From the NCBI GenBank assembly GCA_040876835.1, contig JBBDOX010000007.1:7916-71915 (forward strand): 64,000 nt of DNA, in the 5' to 3' direction. Below are positions 37,487 through 46,431 of this stretch, in pieces. The DNA is from Candidatus Anderseniibacteriota bacterium. GTDB taxonomy: Bacteria > Patescibacteriota > Andersenbacteria > UBA10190. The notes under the pieces are model-generated. The model was not told where the DNA came from, did not search any database, and saw nothing but the letters and a program-made list of their open reading frames with translations. The position numbers and the translations under genes are program-made. Positions within the stretch are counted from its first letter, which is position 1. Each line of letters starts with the position of its first letter.

Positions 37487-38803
37487 CTATTTAATCGTCT
37501 TGTCACGCGGGGTTTTGGTAGGGTCTACAAGAAAGCCTTTGAGATCCCGACGACCCACAATCATGTCGTAGTTCATATGGGTGCGGTCTGCTAAAAATGC
37601 TTCAGTTTTTACCGGGCGATCGCGAATAACCATGTTAAGGTTAATGATTGGGCGGGTTTGTTCGCCCAAGGCTCCGCGGACGTCTTTGTGCTCCACGACA
37701 GGTTTGTCGAGCTTAAGTTTTTTAGCCAGGTTTTCATCAATAGTTGTTCGGTATGCGCCGGTATCGATCTTGGCCAGAATGGGATGCTGCGCTTGTTCAT
37801 TATCAAGAATAATGACTTCTTCTTCTATACCTAAAATAGTTCTGCCAGTCATGTCTTCTACTTCCTGTTCAAGCTCATTTCCAAAAAGATTCTTTGCTAA
37901 TCTAATTTTCTTCTCCAAACTGCTCATTTTCAAGTCTTCCACTCGGCGGAGACGGGATCGTAGTGGAGCTAGGTTGGCGTATTGAATATCCAGCCCCGGA
38001 CGAGCATTGATTTCTAGAACTAGTGGACCATCATCACGATCGATAGCAATATCTACCCCCACATAGTTCAGGTTAGAGGCGGCGGCGGTGCGTACGGCAA
38101 GGAGGAGAAGGTCGTTCCAGTGCGGAACGGTAATACCCGACAGGCTTAATCGCTTATGGGGCAGGGTATCTAGTAGGTGTCCATGCTGTACGGCTGTTGT
38201 TGTGATGCCTTGTGACAGATCAATGCCCACTCCAATGCCCCCAGCATGCAAGTTCGCTTTTCCGCCTGATTCCTCGGTGGGTAAACGCAACATAGCCATA
38301 ACCGGTACCTGATTGTACAGCAGAACGCGAACGTCGGGAACTCCCTTAACACTGTATTGTTTTAAGACAGCATCTACTTTAACGCGCTGTTCGAAAAAGG
38401 CGACATCTGGGATGTTCCCATTAGAAAAGTTTCCGTCGAGGATATCTATAATATGATTCCGGAGCTCGGGAATAAATACTTCTGTTTTGTCTGCTTTAAC
38501 CCAGTTTCCTTTTTTGTTTCGTCCAAAGATAACTATAATTCCACCGCCTCCAGAAGAGGAGTTTGGTTTTAGCACAAAGGAACCAGGAAGTTTGGTCCAA
38601 CGAAATTTCTTGAGTTCCTCACGAGTACGAATGACACCAAATAGCCGGGGAGTGGCCAGGCCGGCTTTTTGCAAAACTTTCTTGGTTTTTAATTTATTGT
38701 TAGCAAGGCGAATTGCCTCGGAAGAGTTTACCTTCGCAATATACTCGAGCATCCTTGCATTCATCCCAAGCACGTTTTTCCATTGCTTGCTTCGCAGAGC
38801 CAT
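37487..38803 (-). CDS. Alpha-L-glutamate-ligase-like ATP-grasp fused to C-terminal retropepsin-like aspartic protease (RimB/DUF785 type)
   Basis: VLGMNAR, FVLKP..SSGGGGI, GVPDVR, AMLRLPT.ES.GKANLHAG, LEINARPGL.IQ; C-terminal AKIDTGA ... ADR.HM.Y.MIVGR..L.GFLVDP. Confidence 0.85.
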   Translation of the reverse strand: MALRSKQWKNVLGMNARMLEYIAKVNSSEAIRLANNKLKTKKVLQKAGLATPRLFGVIRTREELKKFRWTKLPGSFVLKPNSSSGGGGIIVIFGRNKKGNWVKADKTEVFIPELRNHIIDILDGNFSNGNIPDVAFFEQRVKVDAVLKQYSVKGVPDVRVLLYNQVPVMAMLRLPTEESGGKANLHAGGIGVGIDLSQGITTTAVQHGHLLDTLPHKRLSLSGITVPHWNDLLLLAVRTAAASNLNYVGVDIAIDRDDGPLVLEINARPGLDIQYANLAPLRSRLRRVEDLKMSSLEKKIRLAKNLFGNELEQEVEDMTGRTILGIEEEVIILDNEQAQHPILAKIDTGAYRTTIDENLAKKLKLDKPVVEHKDVRGALGEQTRPIINLNMVIRDRPVKTEAFLADRTHMNYDMIVGRRDLKGFLVDPTKTPRDKTIK

Positions 38804-38818
38804 AAAAGAGAGTCGAAT

Positions 38819-40348
38819 TTACTGAACGTATCGCAGTAAGCGACGGAACCGAAAGTATTCTGTTAGGCGCAACCCACTCCATCGACCCAGAGCGATATTA
38901 ACAGGAATAGCCAGCAGGACAATCTCGGGGTAGGAGACAATAATCGAACGAACAATTTCCCAGCTTACAATGAAGTAAGAAGCAATAGACAGCCCCAGTG
39001 TCCAGGCGGTAATGGTGGCAGCACGTCGCGCACCGGATTTAAACTGCACGGCAATGAATTCTTCGGCCAAGAGCACAAGAATGAGAATAGGGAAAATGGA
39101 GAATGACAAGATGGCCGTGTTGTCGAGTGCTACTCCTAGGCCAAAGAGCATAAGAATCGCTACGCTGGCCATGGTGAGCACCAGAGCCATGCGAGGAAGG
39201 TATAAAAGATGAAGTTTGCGGAGCACTAGACGTGTTAAAGTTCCGGCTAGCAAGATAACAGAGAACATTACTAATCCATACTTAAGGCCTAGTACTAAAA
39301 AGCTAAGCGTCGTCATCGCGGGAGTGATAATACCAAAGGCCTTAATACCGATTACCTGTCGGGCAAAAGAAAGAATTGTTGCGATTACAGGCAAAATCAA
39401 GATGAGCGTGATGTTATTAACAGGCACTCCACGGTTAATAAGAAAGTTGATGCCAAATGATAGGAAGTTGGTAATGCCAATGTCAGTGATCGCGCGAGCA
39501 CTAAATGTGCCGAATAAACGGTGGGACAGCGGAGAGTCAAAGATGGCTCGCTCGGCTTCTTCGGAGCTGATGGGTTCTAGTAGTAGATCGATTGCTTGAG
39601 GGCGGGTGAGTAGTACGTAACTAGGATTCAGTTGGGTGAATGTGGATTGAGCAGAAGGGGCTAAAACACCAAAAGGGGTTTCAGATAGGATGACAACGCC
39701 TTTGCTCTCCATGTTGAGATCAGCAAAAGATAGCTCGCCCGCTTGGCGTATGTGCTGGGCAAATTTCGATAAAATAGTGGGCCCGACACTACCGGATGTC
39801 CATGTAGCAATAATTTCTGCTTTAGCTACAACATCACGGGCATCAACTAACTGGTTGGCAAGCTCTTCTTCCACCACAACCTCGGGGCCTCCCTTAGAGC
39901 GCAGTACTAATAATAGGAGATCGTTTCTAGCTGCCTGTTGACGCTTAAGCTCAACTTGATCCTCTGGAGCACTACCATCGGTCAGTAAAATCATAGTGTG
40001 TTCAAACACAGTAATTTCAGCAGTGTCTTCAGCTATACTTTGTTCAGTCCGAATTGTTACCTGGATAGTATAGTTACCAGGGTTTGCATAGGCATGAGTA
40101 ACTTTCTCTCCAGTACTGCGAATTCCATCCCCAAAACTCCAGACCACTTCACGAATAGCGTCTCCTTCGGGGATAAATGATCCGGTAATGTCAAAAGAGA
40201 CTGTTCGGCCAATAAGTACTTGATTGGTAGTAATTGTAGCGTTGGCGGTGGGACGGGGGCTCTCTTCGGGGGGCTCCTCCTGAGCTAGAGTAAGCCAAGG
40301 GGCGACTAATAAGACTAGAAGAAAAAGAAGTGATTTTATGGATATCAT
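38819..40348 (-). CDS. PKD-domain + 7TM (7TM_transglut-type) membrane protein
   Basis: Signal peptide, PKD (WSFGDG...THAYANPGNYTI), C-terminal LPVIA....RQVIGIKAFG..TP, LLYLPRMA, FPILIL...E, GRWSGLRLTEYFRFR. Confidence 0.8.
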   Translation of the reverse strand: MISIKSLLFLLVLLVAPWLTLAQEEPPEESPRPTANATITTNQVLIGRTVSFDITGSFIPEGDAIREVVWSFGDGIRSTGEKVTHAYANPGNYTIQVTIRTEQSIAEDTAEITVFEHTMILLTDGSAPEDQVELKRQQAARNDLLLLVLRSKGGPEVVVEEELANQLVDARDVVAKAEIIATWTSGSVGPTILSKFAQHIRQAGELSFADLNMESKGVVILSETPFGVLAPSAQSTFTQLNPSYVLLTRPQAIDLLLEPISSEEAERAIFDSPLSHRLFGTFSARAITDIGITNFLSFGINFLINRGVPVNNITLILILPVIATILSFARQVIGIKAFGIITPAMTTLSFLVLGLKYGLVMFSVILLAGTLTRLVLRKLHLLYLPRMALVLTMASVAILMLFGLGVALDNTAILSFSIFPILILVLLAEEFIAVQFKSGARRAATITAWTLGLSIASYFIVSWEIVRSIIVSYPEIVLLAIPVNIALGRWSGLRLTEYFRFRRLLRYVQ

Positions 40349-40359
40349 AGAGGGTGAGG

Positions 40360-40815
40360 TTAGACTACACACAAGGCGGCCGCAAGTGCATCTGCAGCAT
40401 CGTCTGGTTGGGGGATATCTGCAAGGTGAAGCTGTTGAGTGACAGCGGCCTGAATCTGCTCTTTACGAGCGGCCCCGTACCCCGTGATTCTCGATTTAAT
40501 TTGCAGTGGAGTCAGAGATTCTACAGTTATGTGATGCTTACGTAGAATATACACCAACACCCCTCGTGCTTGTGCTGTGATCATAGCGGTTTTGCTGTTA
40601 TTCCCAAAGTATACTCGTTCTACTACGGCTATATCAGGGTGAGTATCGTTAATAAGGTGTTCTAAGTCTTCTCCTAACATAAGTAGTCGGTCTTCGTCGC
40701 TTTGGTGTTTAGGGGTAGTAAGACAGCCACAGCGGACAAACAAATGCTGGCTGCTGGTGTTGATAACACCAAAGCCAGTGCGCGCAATACCTGGGTCTAA
40801 TCCTAAAACGATCAT
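40360..40815 (-). CDS. ruvC: Holliday junction resolvase RuvC
   Basis: LGLDPG..RTGFG, VE..YF, ARGV, TP.QIK..ITGYG.A.K, PDDAADALAAA. Confidence 0.95.
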   Translation of the reverse strand: MIVLGLDPGIARTGFGVINTSSQHLFVRCGCLTTPKHQSDEDRLLMLGEDLEHLINDTHPDIAVVERVYFGNNSKTAMITAQARGVLVYILRKHHITVESLTPLQIKSRITGYGAARKEQIQAAVTQQLHLADIPQPDDAADALAAALCVV

Positions 40816-40860
40816 GCGGATAGTATATCAATACTCGGACATCAACGGCAGCACGTTTTG

Positions 40861-41373
40861 TCAGGCAGCGTCGGTGTGAATTTCTTCTACGTCCTCTAGC
40901 TCCTCTAAGGCAGCAAGAAAAGCACCCAACGCGGCAGTGTCGGTAGGTGAAAGTGAAACAGGAAATTGAGGGGAAAGATCGTGAGTGAATTTCCAGCGAA
41001 CGCTGTTGGGCCCTCCAAGTTCGAAACCATGCATTTTAAATATGGTCCGAATTTGTCCTACGGCTCGGTTGGGGTTATCGGTTCTGGTGTTAATTAGAAT
41101 ACCTACCCCACCCGGCCCAAAACCCTCGTATACAATCTCAGCAAGATTGCTATTGTCTCTTTCTCGTAAAAGTCGATCAATATTACTTTGAGGCATGTTT
41201 GCTTTCTTGGCCCGTTCAATAGCATCGCGTAAAGCAGCATTCTTGGTAGGATCGCGCTCCTGTCTGGCGGCAACTTTAACATCACGAGCCAGGCGGCCAA
41301 ATGCCTTACTTTTCTTTTGGTCATTTACGGCTTTTTGGTGGCGAATTTTATGCCACTTTGAATGTCCAGACAT
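40861..41373 (-). CDS. yebC: YebC/PmpR family protein (shortened, 170 aa)
   Basis: MSGHSKW..I, NMP..NI, YEGFGPGGV, TDN.NR, LEELEDVEEI. Confidence 0.9.
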   Translation of the reverse strand: MSGHSKWHKIRHQKAVNDQKKSKAFGRLARDVKVAARQERDPTKNAALRDAIERAKKANMPQSNIDRLLRERDNSNLAEIVYEGFGPGGVGILINTRTDNPNRAVGQIRTIFKMHGFELGGPNSVRWKFTHDLSPQFPVSLSPTDTAALGAFLAALEELEDVEEIHTDAA

Positions 41374-41383
41374 GAGTGTTGGT

Positions 41384-42064
41384 TTATAGGCGAAGAATAT
41401 CGAGTTTACGAGCGACTATTTGAAGGTTAGACATAAGCGGTTCGTGACCAAGGGCGACAATGCCATACAGTGGTCCTTGAATAGTAGTATTACTGATACT
41501 GCAATTTGTCGTTTGGCTATAAACACCCACATTCCCATTAGAAATAATACTATCGTGGACTTCAGCCGCACTCCCTGACAAGCACGAGATCGCTGGGTCG
41601 CCATGCTTAAGCAGGGTATATTCGATTGTAGCCTTTCCTCCTGAAGCAATTTCAATACCATTCCAGGTTTGGTTGTCAGGATGGGATTCATTGGACACAA
41701 ATCGTATTCTTCGGGTAGGGGTTCCAATGGCCACCAGCGTACCTTCTACGACGAGCTTACTATGTTCATGAAAAGCGATAGTGGTTCCGGCGGGAATGGT
41801 TAGGTTTGAATTAGGGGGAATGATGACAGTGCCGGCTATGGCAATGACCTTTTGAGAAGAATCTATGACGGTGTTATTTGTAATACGGGAAGGTAGATAT
41901 TGGGCAGTGGGAAAGAGGGGTGTGTGACGATTTGGCTCAGTAACAAAGCTTGGATGAGCTAAACGCTCAGTCCAGGTAGTTGCCTCTATTTTTTCGAATA
42001 GGAGAATAAACGGCACTATTAAAAGCGCAATAGTAGCAATAATTGTAGGAGTCTGAAATTGCAT
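41384..42064 (-). CDS. Membrane-anchored right-handed beta-helix protein
   Basis: N-terminal TM; LTIPAGTTI.F....L.V.GTL.A.GT....I.F.S.....W.GI pattern, then parallel beta-helix turns. Confidence 0.7.
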   Translation of the reverse strand: MQFQTPTIIATIALLIVPFILLFEKIEATTWTERLAHPSFVTEPNRHTPLFPTAQYLPSRITNNTVIDSSQKVIAIAGTVIIPPNSNLTIPAGTTIAFHEHSKLVVEGTLVAIGTPTRRIRFVSNESHPDNQTWNGIEIASGGKATIEYTLLKHGDPAISCLSGSAAEVHDSIISNGNVGVYSQTTNCSISNTTIQGPLYGIVALGHEPLMSNLQIVARKLDILRL

Positions 42065-42083
42065 GTGACCACTATACCAAAAA

Positions 42084-42204
42084 TCCCCTCACAAAGCTGT
42101 AGGCGTGAGAAAGGCAAAGACCGAGGAGCGGGGTAGTCGTGAAACCGCCTCGTCCGATCTGGGTCAATACCCCACAAAAGCAACGCCTACAGTTCTGTAA
42201 GGGA
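42084..42204 (-). ncRNA. Putative structured ncRNA (~120 nt), 6S-RNA-like architecture
   Basis: Closing stem of ~21 bp incl. perfect CTGTAGGCGT/ACGCCTACAG, central bubble, terminal hairpin; dedicated promoter upstream; U-run after the stem. Confidence 0.55.
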
Positions 42205-42211
42205 ACAGAAC

Positions 42212-42240
42212 ACTATATATGTTCTGGAGCCATTGGTCAA
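42212..42240 (-). promoter_or_regulatory. Near-consensus sigma70 promoter driving the putative ncRNA
   Basis: Minus strand TTGACC-17 nt-TATAGT. Confidence 0.7.
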
Positions 42241-42426
42241 TGTGATTGTCGGAGGAGGATATAGAAGTAGTCCGCAAGGGGTTGCTTGGGTGTTTATTTC
42301 TTTGAGTAAAACTCTTGCTATATAAGCAGTTATAGCGCATCTCGAAGGTGTTAATCGGTATCGCTGTAGAGAGAAACTCTTCTGTTTTACTTTCTGCTTT
42401 TCGTTTTTCGTTTTACTATAAAAGGT

Positions 42427-43455
42427 ATGGCTATTGAGGAAGCAAAGACCTCTATCGTGGCTCCTTCTGTGATTCCGGAGGATGAGTCGCTTGATGCTAC
42501 CCTGCGTCCACAGCGTTTGTTTGATTTCATTGGTCAGCGTCAAATGAAACAAAGCTTGTCAGTATTCTTAAAGGCAGCACAACAGCGAGGTGAATCTCTC
42601 GAGCATGTCCTATTGGCTGGTCCTCCTGGTTTGGGCAAAACAAGTTTGGCCCATATTATAGCTCGAGAGCTGGGAACAAACATTCGAATCACAGCGGGTC
42701 CCGTATTAACTAAAGTGGCTGATCTAGCGGCAATCTTAACAAATCTTCAAGAGGGAGATGTGCTTTTTATAGATGAGATTCATCGTTTAGGTCGCACTAT
42801 TGAAGAAGTTCTCTACCCGGCAATGGAGAGTTTTGCCTTAGATCTTGTGGTTGGGCAGGGGCCTGGTGCCAAGACGCTACGCATCGATCTTCCACAGTTT
42901 ACTTTAGTGGGAGCTACAACAAGAGTGGGTATGTTAGGATCGCCCTTGCGTGACCGCTTTGGCATGACATACCGATTTACGTTTTATGAAGAAGAAGAGA
43001 TGAAGCAGATTGTGAACAGATCTGCTCGGCTGCTTAAATTAGAAATTGATGATTACTCCTTAACTGAAATTGCTCGCCGATGCCGACGAACTCCTCGTAT
43101 TGCTAATCGACTATTGAAACGGGTGCGGGACTATGCGCAGGTTCATGGCCACGATGTGGTTATTAAGGACGTAGTAAACGAAACACTAGACTTGTTAGAA
43201 GTGGACCGTTTAGGCCTAGATGCTGCCGATCGACGAATACTGCAAGTAATGGCTGATAAATTCAATGGTGGACCCGTAGGCTTACAAACACTAGCGGCCA
43301 TAAGCGCTGAGGAGGAGCGTACTCTAGAAGAAGTCATTGAACCGTTTTTGCTTCAGATGGGTCTCATTGAGCGTACGCCTCGAGGGCGTGAGGTAACTCG
43401 GGCAGGCTTTGACCACCTAGGGGCTATAGAGCACGAGCGCATGGAGGCGGAGTAG
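42427..43455 (+). CDS. ruvB: Holliday junction branch migration helicase RuvB
   Basis: LRP....[56 protein letters not shown]. Confidence 0.97.
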   Translation: MAIEEAKTSIVAPSVIPEDESLDATLRPQRLFDFIGQRQMKQSLSVFLKAAQQRGESLEHVLLAGPPGLGKTSLAHIIARELGTNIRITAGPVLTKVADLAAILTNLQEGDVLFIDEIHRLGRTIEEVLYPAMESFALDLVVGQGPGAKTLRIDLPQFTLVGATTRVGMLGSPLRDRFGMTYRFTFYEEEEMKQIVNRSARLLKLEIDDYSLTEIARRCRRTPRIANRLLKRVRDYAQVHGHDVVIKDVVNETLDLLEVDRLGLDAADRRILQVMADKFNGGPVGLQTLAAISAEEERTLEEVIEPFLLQMGLIERTPRGREVTRAGFDHLGAIEHERMEAE

Positions 43456-43463
43456 GTATACGT

Positions 43464-43988
43464 ATGAAAGGAAAATACCTGACAGCAGCCAACGGTGTGA
43501 CGATTTTCCGTTTAGTGCTGTTTCTGCTTTTCTTGATCTATCTTTACCTTCAACAGCCTATTGTGGCTGGTGCTCTTCTCCTCGCTGCCTGGGGACTGGA
43601 TGCCATTGATGGGTTTGTAGCTCGAATATTTCATCAACAGAGCGATATAGGATCATGGCTTGATAAAACTATTGATCGGGCGGTTATTGGATTGGGTGTG
43701 CTAGCCTTAATTGCTGGTGGATACATACCACCCAAGGCACTTCTTCTATTAACAAAAGATATTGGCTTATTTCCTTTATTTACGATTCAGCCGCCAGGTG
43801 CTTGGTGGGTCCAGGGGTTGGGGTGGACTGGCAAAGGAATGACCTTTCTACAAGGAATAGGAATACTATGGCTGCTTCTGGATCTGCGGTATGCAAACTA
43901 TTTATTGGGAATCGTGGCAGTAGCAGGGGGTGCAGTTGCTGTTTGGCACTTAAATTGCGTGGTTCGCAAGTATGAACAAAGGAACTAA
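43464..43988 (+). CDS. CDP-alcohol phosphatidyltransferase family (PgsA-like)
   Basis: AN.VT.FR and signature DAIDGFVAR.....S..G..LD..ID. Confidence 0.85.
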   Translation: MKGKYLTAANGVTIFRLVLFLLFLIYLYLQQPIVAGALLLAAWGLDAIDGFVARIFHQQSDIGSWLDKTIDRAVIGLGVLALIAGGYIPPKALLLLTKDIGLFPLFTIQPPGAWWVQGLGWTGKGMTFLQGIGILWLLLDLRYANYLLGIVAVAGGAVAVWHLNCVVRKYEQRN

Positions 43989-46431
43989 ACACCTTATCGC
44001 CCTCTGTGGAAAACATGTGGATGGATTGTGGAAATCTGGAGATAACGGTTATGGACTAAGTATTTTAGGGTTTCTGGGAGCACTCCTGGTGGTCTTGTTC
44101 ACACCTAGTGTGTTGACGGCCGAAGGTGAGGGTGGGGTGATTATATCTGAAATAATGTGGGCCGGAGGGGAATATGTTGAGATATATAATAATAGTCAGG
44201 TCGCGGTGAGCCTGAAGGGTTGGAAAATTACTCGCCAGAAAAACGAGAGTGAGGAGGAAAAAACGGTTGCTCAGCTTACTTCTGACCGTATAGTGCAGCC
44301 TGGTGCCTTCTTTCTGTTGCAGGAAGTAGGGGCAACAACAGTTTCTCCAGACGAGGAACGTTCTTCTATAACACTTGTGGATACGGGAGAAGTGCTGCGT
44401 TTATATACCAAAGATGGAGTACTAGTTGATATAGCGGGGCGGTTTGAAAGTGAAGGAAGTTGGTTTGCGGGAGTGAATACTAGTGGCGGAGTATCGATGG
44501 AAAGAGTCTTATATGACGCCGATGGTGAAATAGCTGAAAGTTGGATTGATTCCCTGGGAGTTGGTGGAGGAAGGCAAGGCACGCCTGCTGAAGCCTCAAT
44601 TCAAATTACTCCCTCTCCTCCCTCCATATCCCCGTCTTCTGCGCCCTCGAGTGCGCCGGTAGCATCGCCTAGCGTTATTCCTACCCCTTATTTATCTACA
44701 GTCATTGTGAACGAGTTTCTTCCAGACCCGACGGGGGATGATACTTTGGGTGAGTTTATTGAGCTGAAAAACACTGGAACGGCTGCTGCTAACCTTGATG
44801 GCTGGCAACTGGACGATGAAGAGGGCGGCAGCCTGCCATACGGCATCCCTACAGGAACATTGATTCCAGCTGGGGAGACTATGCTGTTCATGCGCCCAGA
44901 TACAAAAATTTCCTTGAACAATGATGGTGATCAAGTGAGGTTTTTGTCTCCAGATGGAGTACTTCAGTCGAGCGTTGCTTACGATGACGCAACGTCAGGG
45001 TATGCGTATGCATACGACACCCAAACAAAAACCTACCGACAAACCACAACCCCTACTCCAGGATCGGAAAACGTCTTTACTATTCCCCCCGTACCCACTC
45101 CAAAAATTAGTAGCACTGAGAACGCTACTGGCACAGAAGAAGAGGAGGAAGTCGGTCAGTTGTCTGATGCAATTGTGATTAGCGAGGTGTTGCCCAACCC
45201 TATTGGGTCTGACACGGAAGGAGAGTTTATAGAACTCTATAACTCTGGTTCAAGTGAAATAAATCTTGTCGGATGGAGACTTGATGATGTACTGGATGGT
45301 GGAAGTATCCCATATCGTATTCCGGTTGGTACAAGGATTGGAGGCGGTAAGTTTTTAGTGTTTGAGCGAGCACAGACAAAACTAGCGCTTAACAATAGCA
45401 ATGAAACTGTCCATCTTCTTGACCCTGCTGGGACAGTAAAATCTCTAGTCTCGTTTACGGATTCGATCGCCGAAGGTGTGTCGCTAGCTCGCGCGATGGA
45501 TGGTTCTTATGTGCTGACAACTACCGTTACAAAAGGAGCTGATAACCTCATCACTGCACCAGGGAGTCTACTATTTGGAGCTGTGGGAGGGGTAAGCAGA
45601 AGGGTGCTTAGTATAGAGCAATCTAGGCAGATGCCCCAAGGTTCAATAGTGAATTTGGAAGGAGTTGTGAGTGCTGCGCCAGGAATCTTAGGAAAGGGAA
45701 TTGTCTATCTGTCCGGGTCGGGAATACAGCTGTATCTAGGAAAAGGGGAGTGGCCCCTTGTAGAGCTAGGAGAGCGGATTCGTGTTACTGGCAAGCTCTC
45801 GTCAATTGCAGGCGAAGCGCGTATTCTTGTTTCTGCTGTAAGCGACGTAGAGCGAATAAGTACTGATGAACCACCTGAACCTCATATTGTAAAAACCAGT
45901 GACATACGCGAGGAACTCGAAGGGTTTTTAGTTGAAGTTCAAGGATTGATAACGCGTTCTAGCGGATCAACTTTTTATATTGACGATGGTAGTGGCGAGG
46001 CACGGATTACTGTTAAAGATTCAACAGGAATAAAAAAGCCTCGTACTTCCAAAGGGATGGCAGTGCGGATAACCGGAATAGTTTCACAAACCGCTGGTGG
46101 GTACCGGATCCTCCCTCGTTTCCAGGGCGACTTGGTTATAGGAGGCGGAGTTGTATCTTCTACAAAAGTAACAACCCGATCTTCTTCTGCGTCTGCTCCT
46201 GCGGATTTATCAGCCGAATCTACTGCTGATCCTATCAATGTATTTGAAGCGGGGGATGTTTCGTATGCAGTGGAATGGGCACAAGGGGGCGGAGCAGCGA
46301 CAAAGTCAAAGCAGAACATATTTGTTGTTTTTGGAGTTGGCGCCGCTTTATTTCAGGCTGCAGGTGCTGCCGCCGCAGGAGAGCCATTGCTAAGGAGCCG
46401 CAGGCTTGCTACAAAAGAACAATGGCAGTAG
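43972..46431 (+). CDS. Surface protein with three lamin-tail domains and two OB-fold domains
   Basis: Signal-like hydrophobic N-region; IISEIMW, VNEFLPDP..D...EFIEL.N, ISEVLPNP...EFIELYN; OB-like GIQLY/V.G..., FYIDDGSG...ILPR; C-terminal hydrophobic anchor. Start uncertain. Confidence 0.8.
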   Translation: MNKGTKHLIALCGKHVDGLWKSGDNGYGLSILGFLGALLVVLFTPSVLTAEGEGGVIISEIMWAGGEYVEIYNNSQVAVSLKGWKITRQKNESEEEKTVAQLTSDRIVQPGAFFLLQEVGATTVSPDEERSSITLVDTGEVLRLYTKDGVLVDIAGRFESEGSWFAGVNTSGGVSMERVLYDADGEIAESWIDSLGVGGGRQGTPAEASIQITPSPPSISPSSAPSSAPVASPSVIPTPYLSTVIVNEFLPDPTGDDTLGEFIELKNTGTAAANLDGWQLDDEEGGSLPYGIPTGTLIPAGETMLFMRPDTKISLNNDGDQVRFLSPDGVLQSSVAYDDATSGYAYAYDTQTKTYRQTTTPTPGSENVFTIPPVPTPKISSTENATGTEEEEEVGQLSDAIVISEVLPNPIGSDTEGEFIELYNSGSSEINLVGWRLDDVLDGGSIPYRIPVGTRIGGGKFLVFERAQTKLALNNSNETVHLLDPAGTVKSLVSFTDSIAEGVSLARAMDGSYVLTTTVTKGADNLITAPGSLLFGAVGGVSRRVLSIEQSRQMPQGSIVNLEGVVSAAPGILGKGIVYLSGSGIQLYLGKGEWPLVELGERIRVTGKLSSIAGEARILVSAVSDVERISTDEPPEPHIVKTSDIREELEGFLVEVQGLITRSSGSTFYIDDGSGEARITVKDSTGIKKPRTSKGMAVRITGIVSQTAGGYRILPRFQGDLVIGGGVVSSTKVTTRSSSASAPADLSAESTADPINVFEAGDVSYAVEWAQGGGAATKSKQNIFVVFGVGAALFQAAGAAAAGEPLLRSRRLATKEQWQ
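44005..44045. promoter_or_regulatory. Phased DnaA-box-like cluster
   Basis: TGTGGAAAA 44005, TGTGGATGG 44016, TGTGGAAAT 44027, TGGAGATAA 44037. Confidence 0.45.

Noticed and set aside
42084-42204. SRP (4.5S) RNA or RNase P RNA identity
   Set aside because: No CAGG...GGAA...AGCAG loop or GAGGAAAGTCC motif on either strand.
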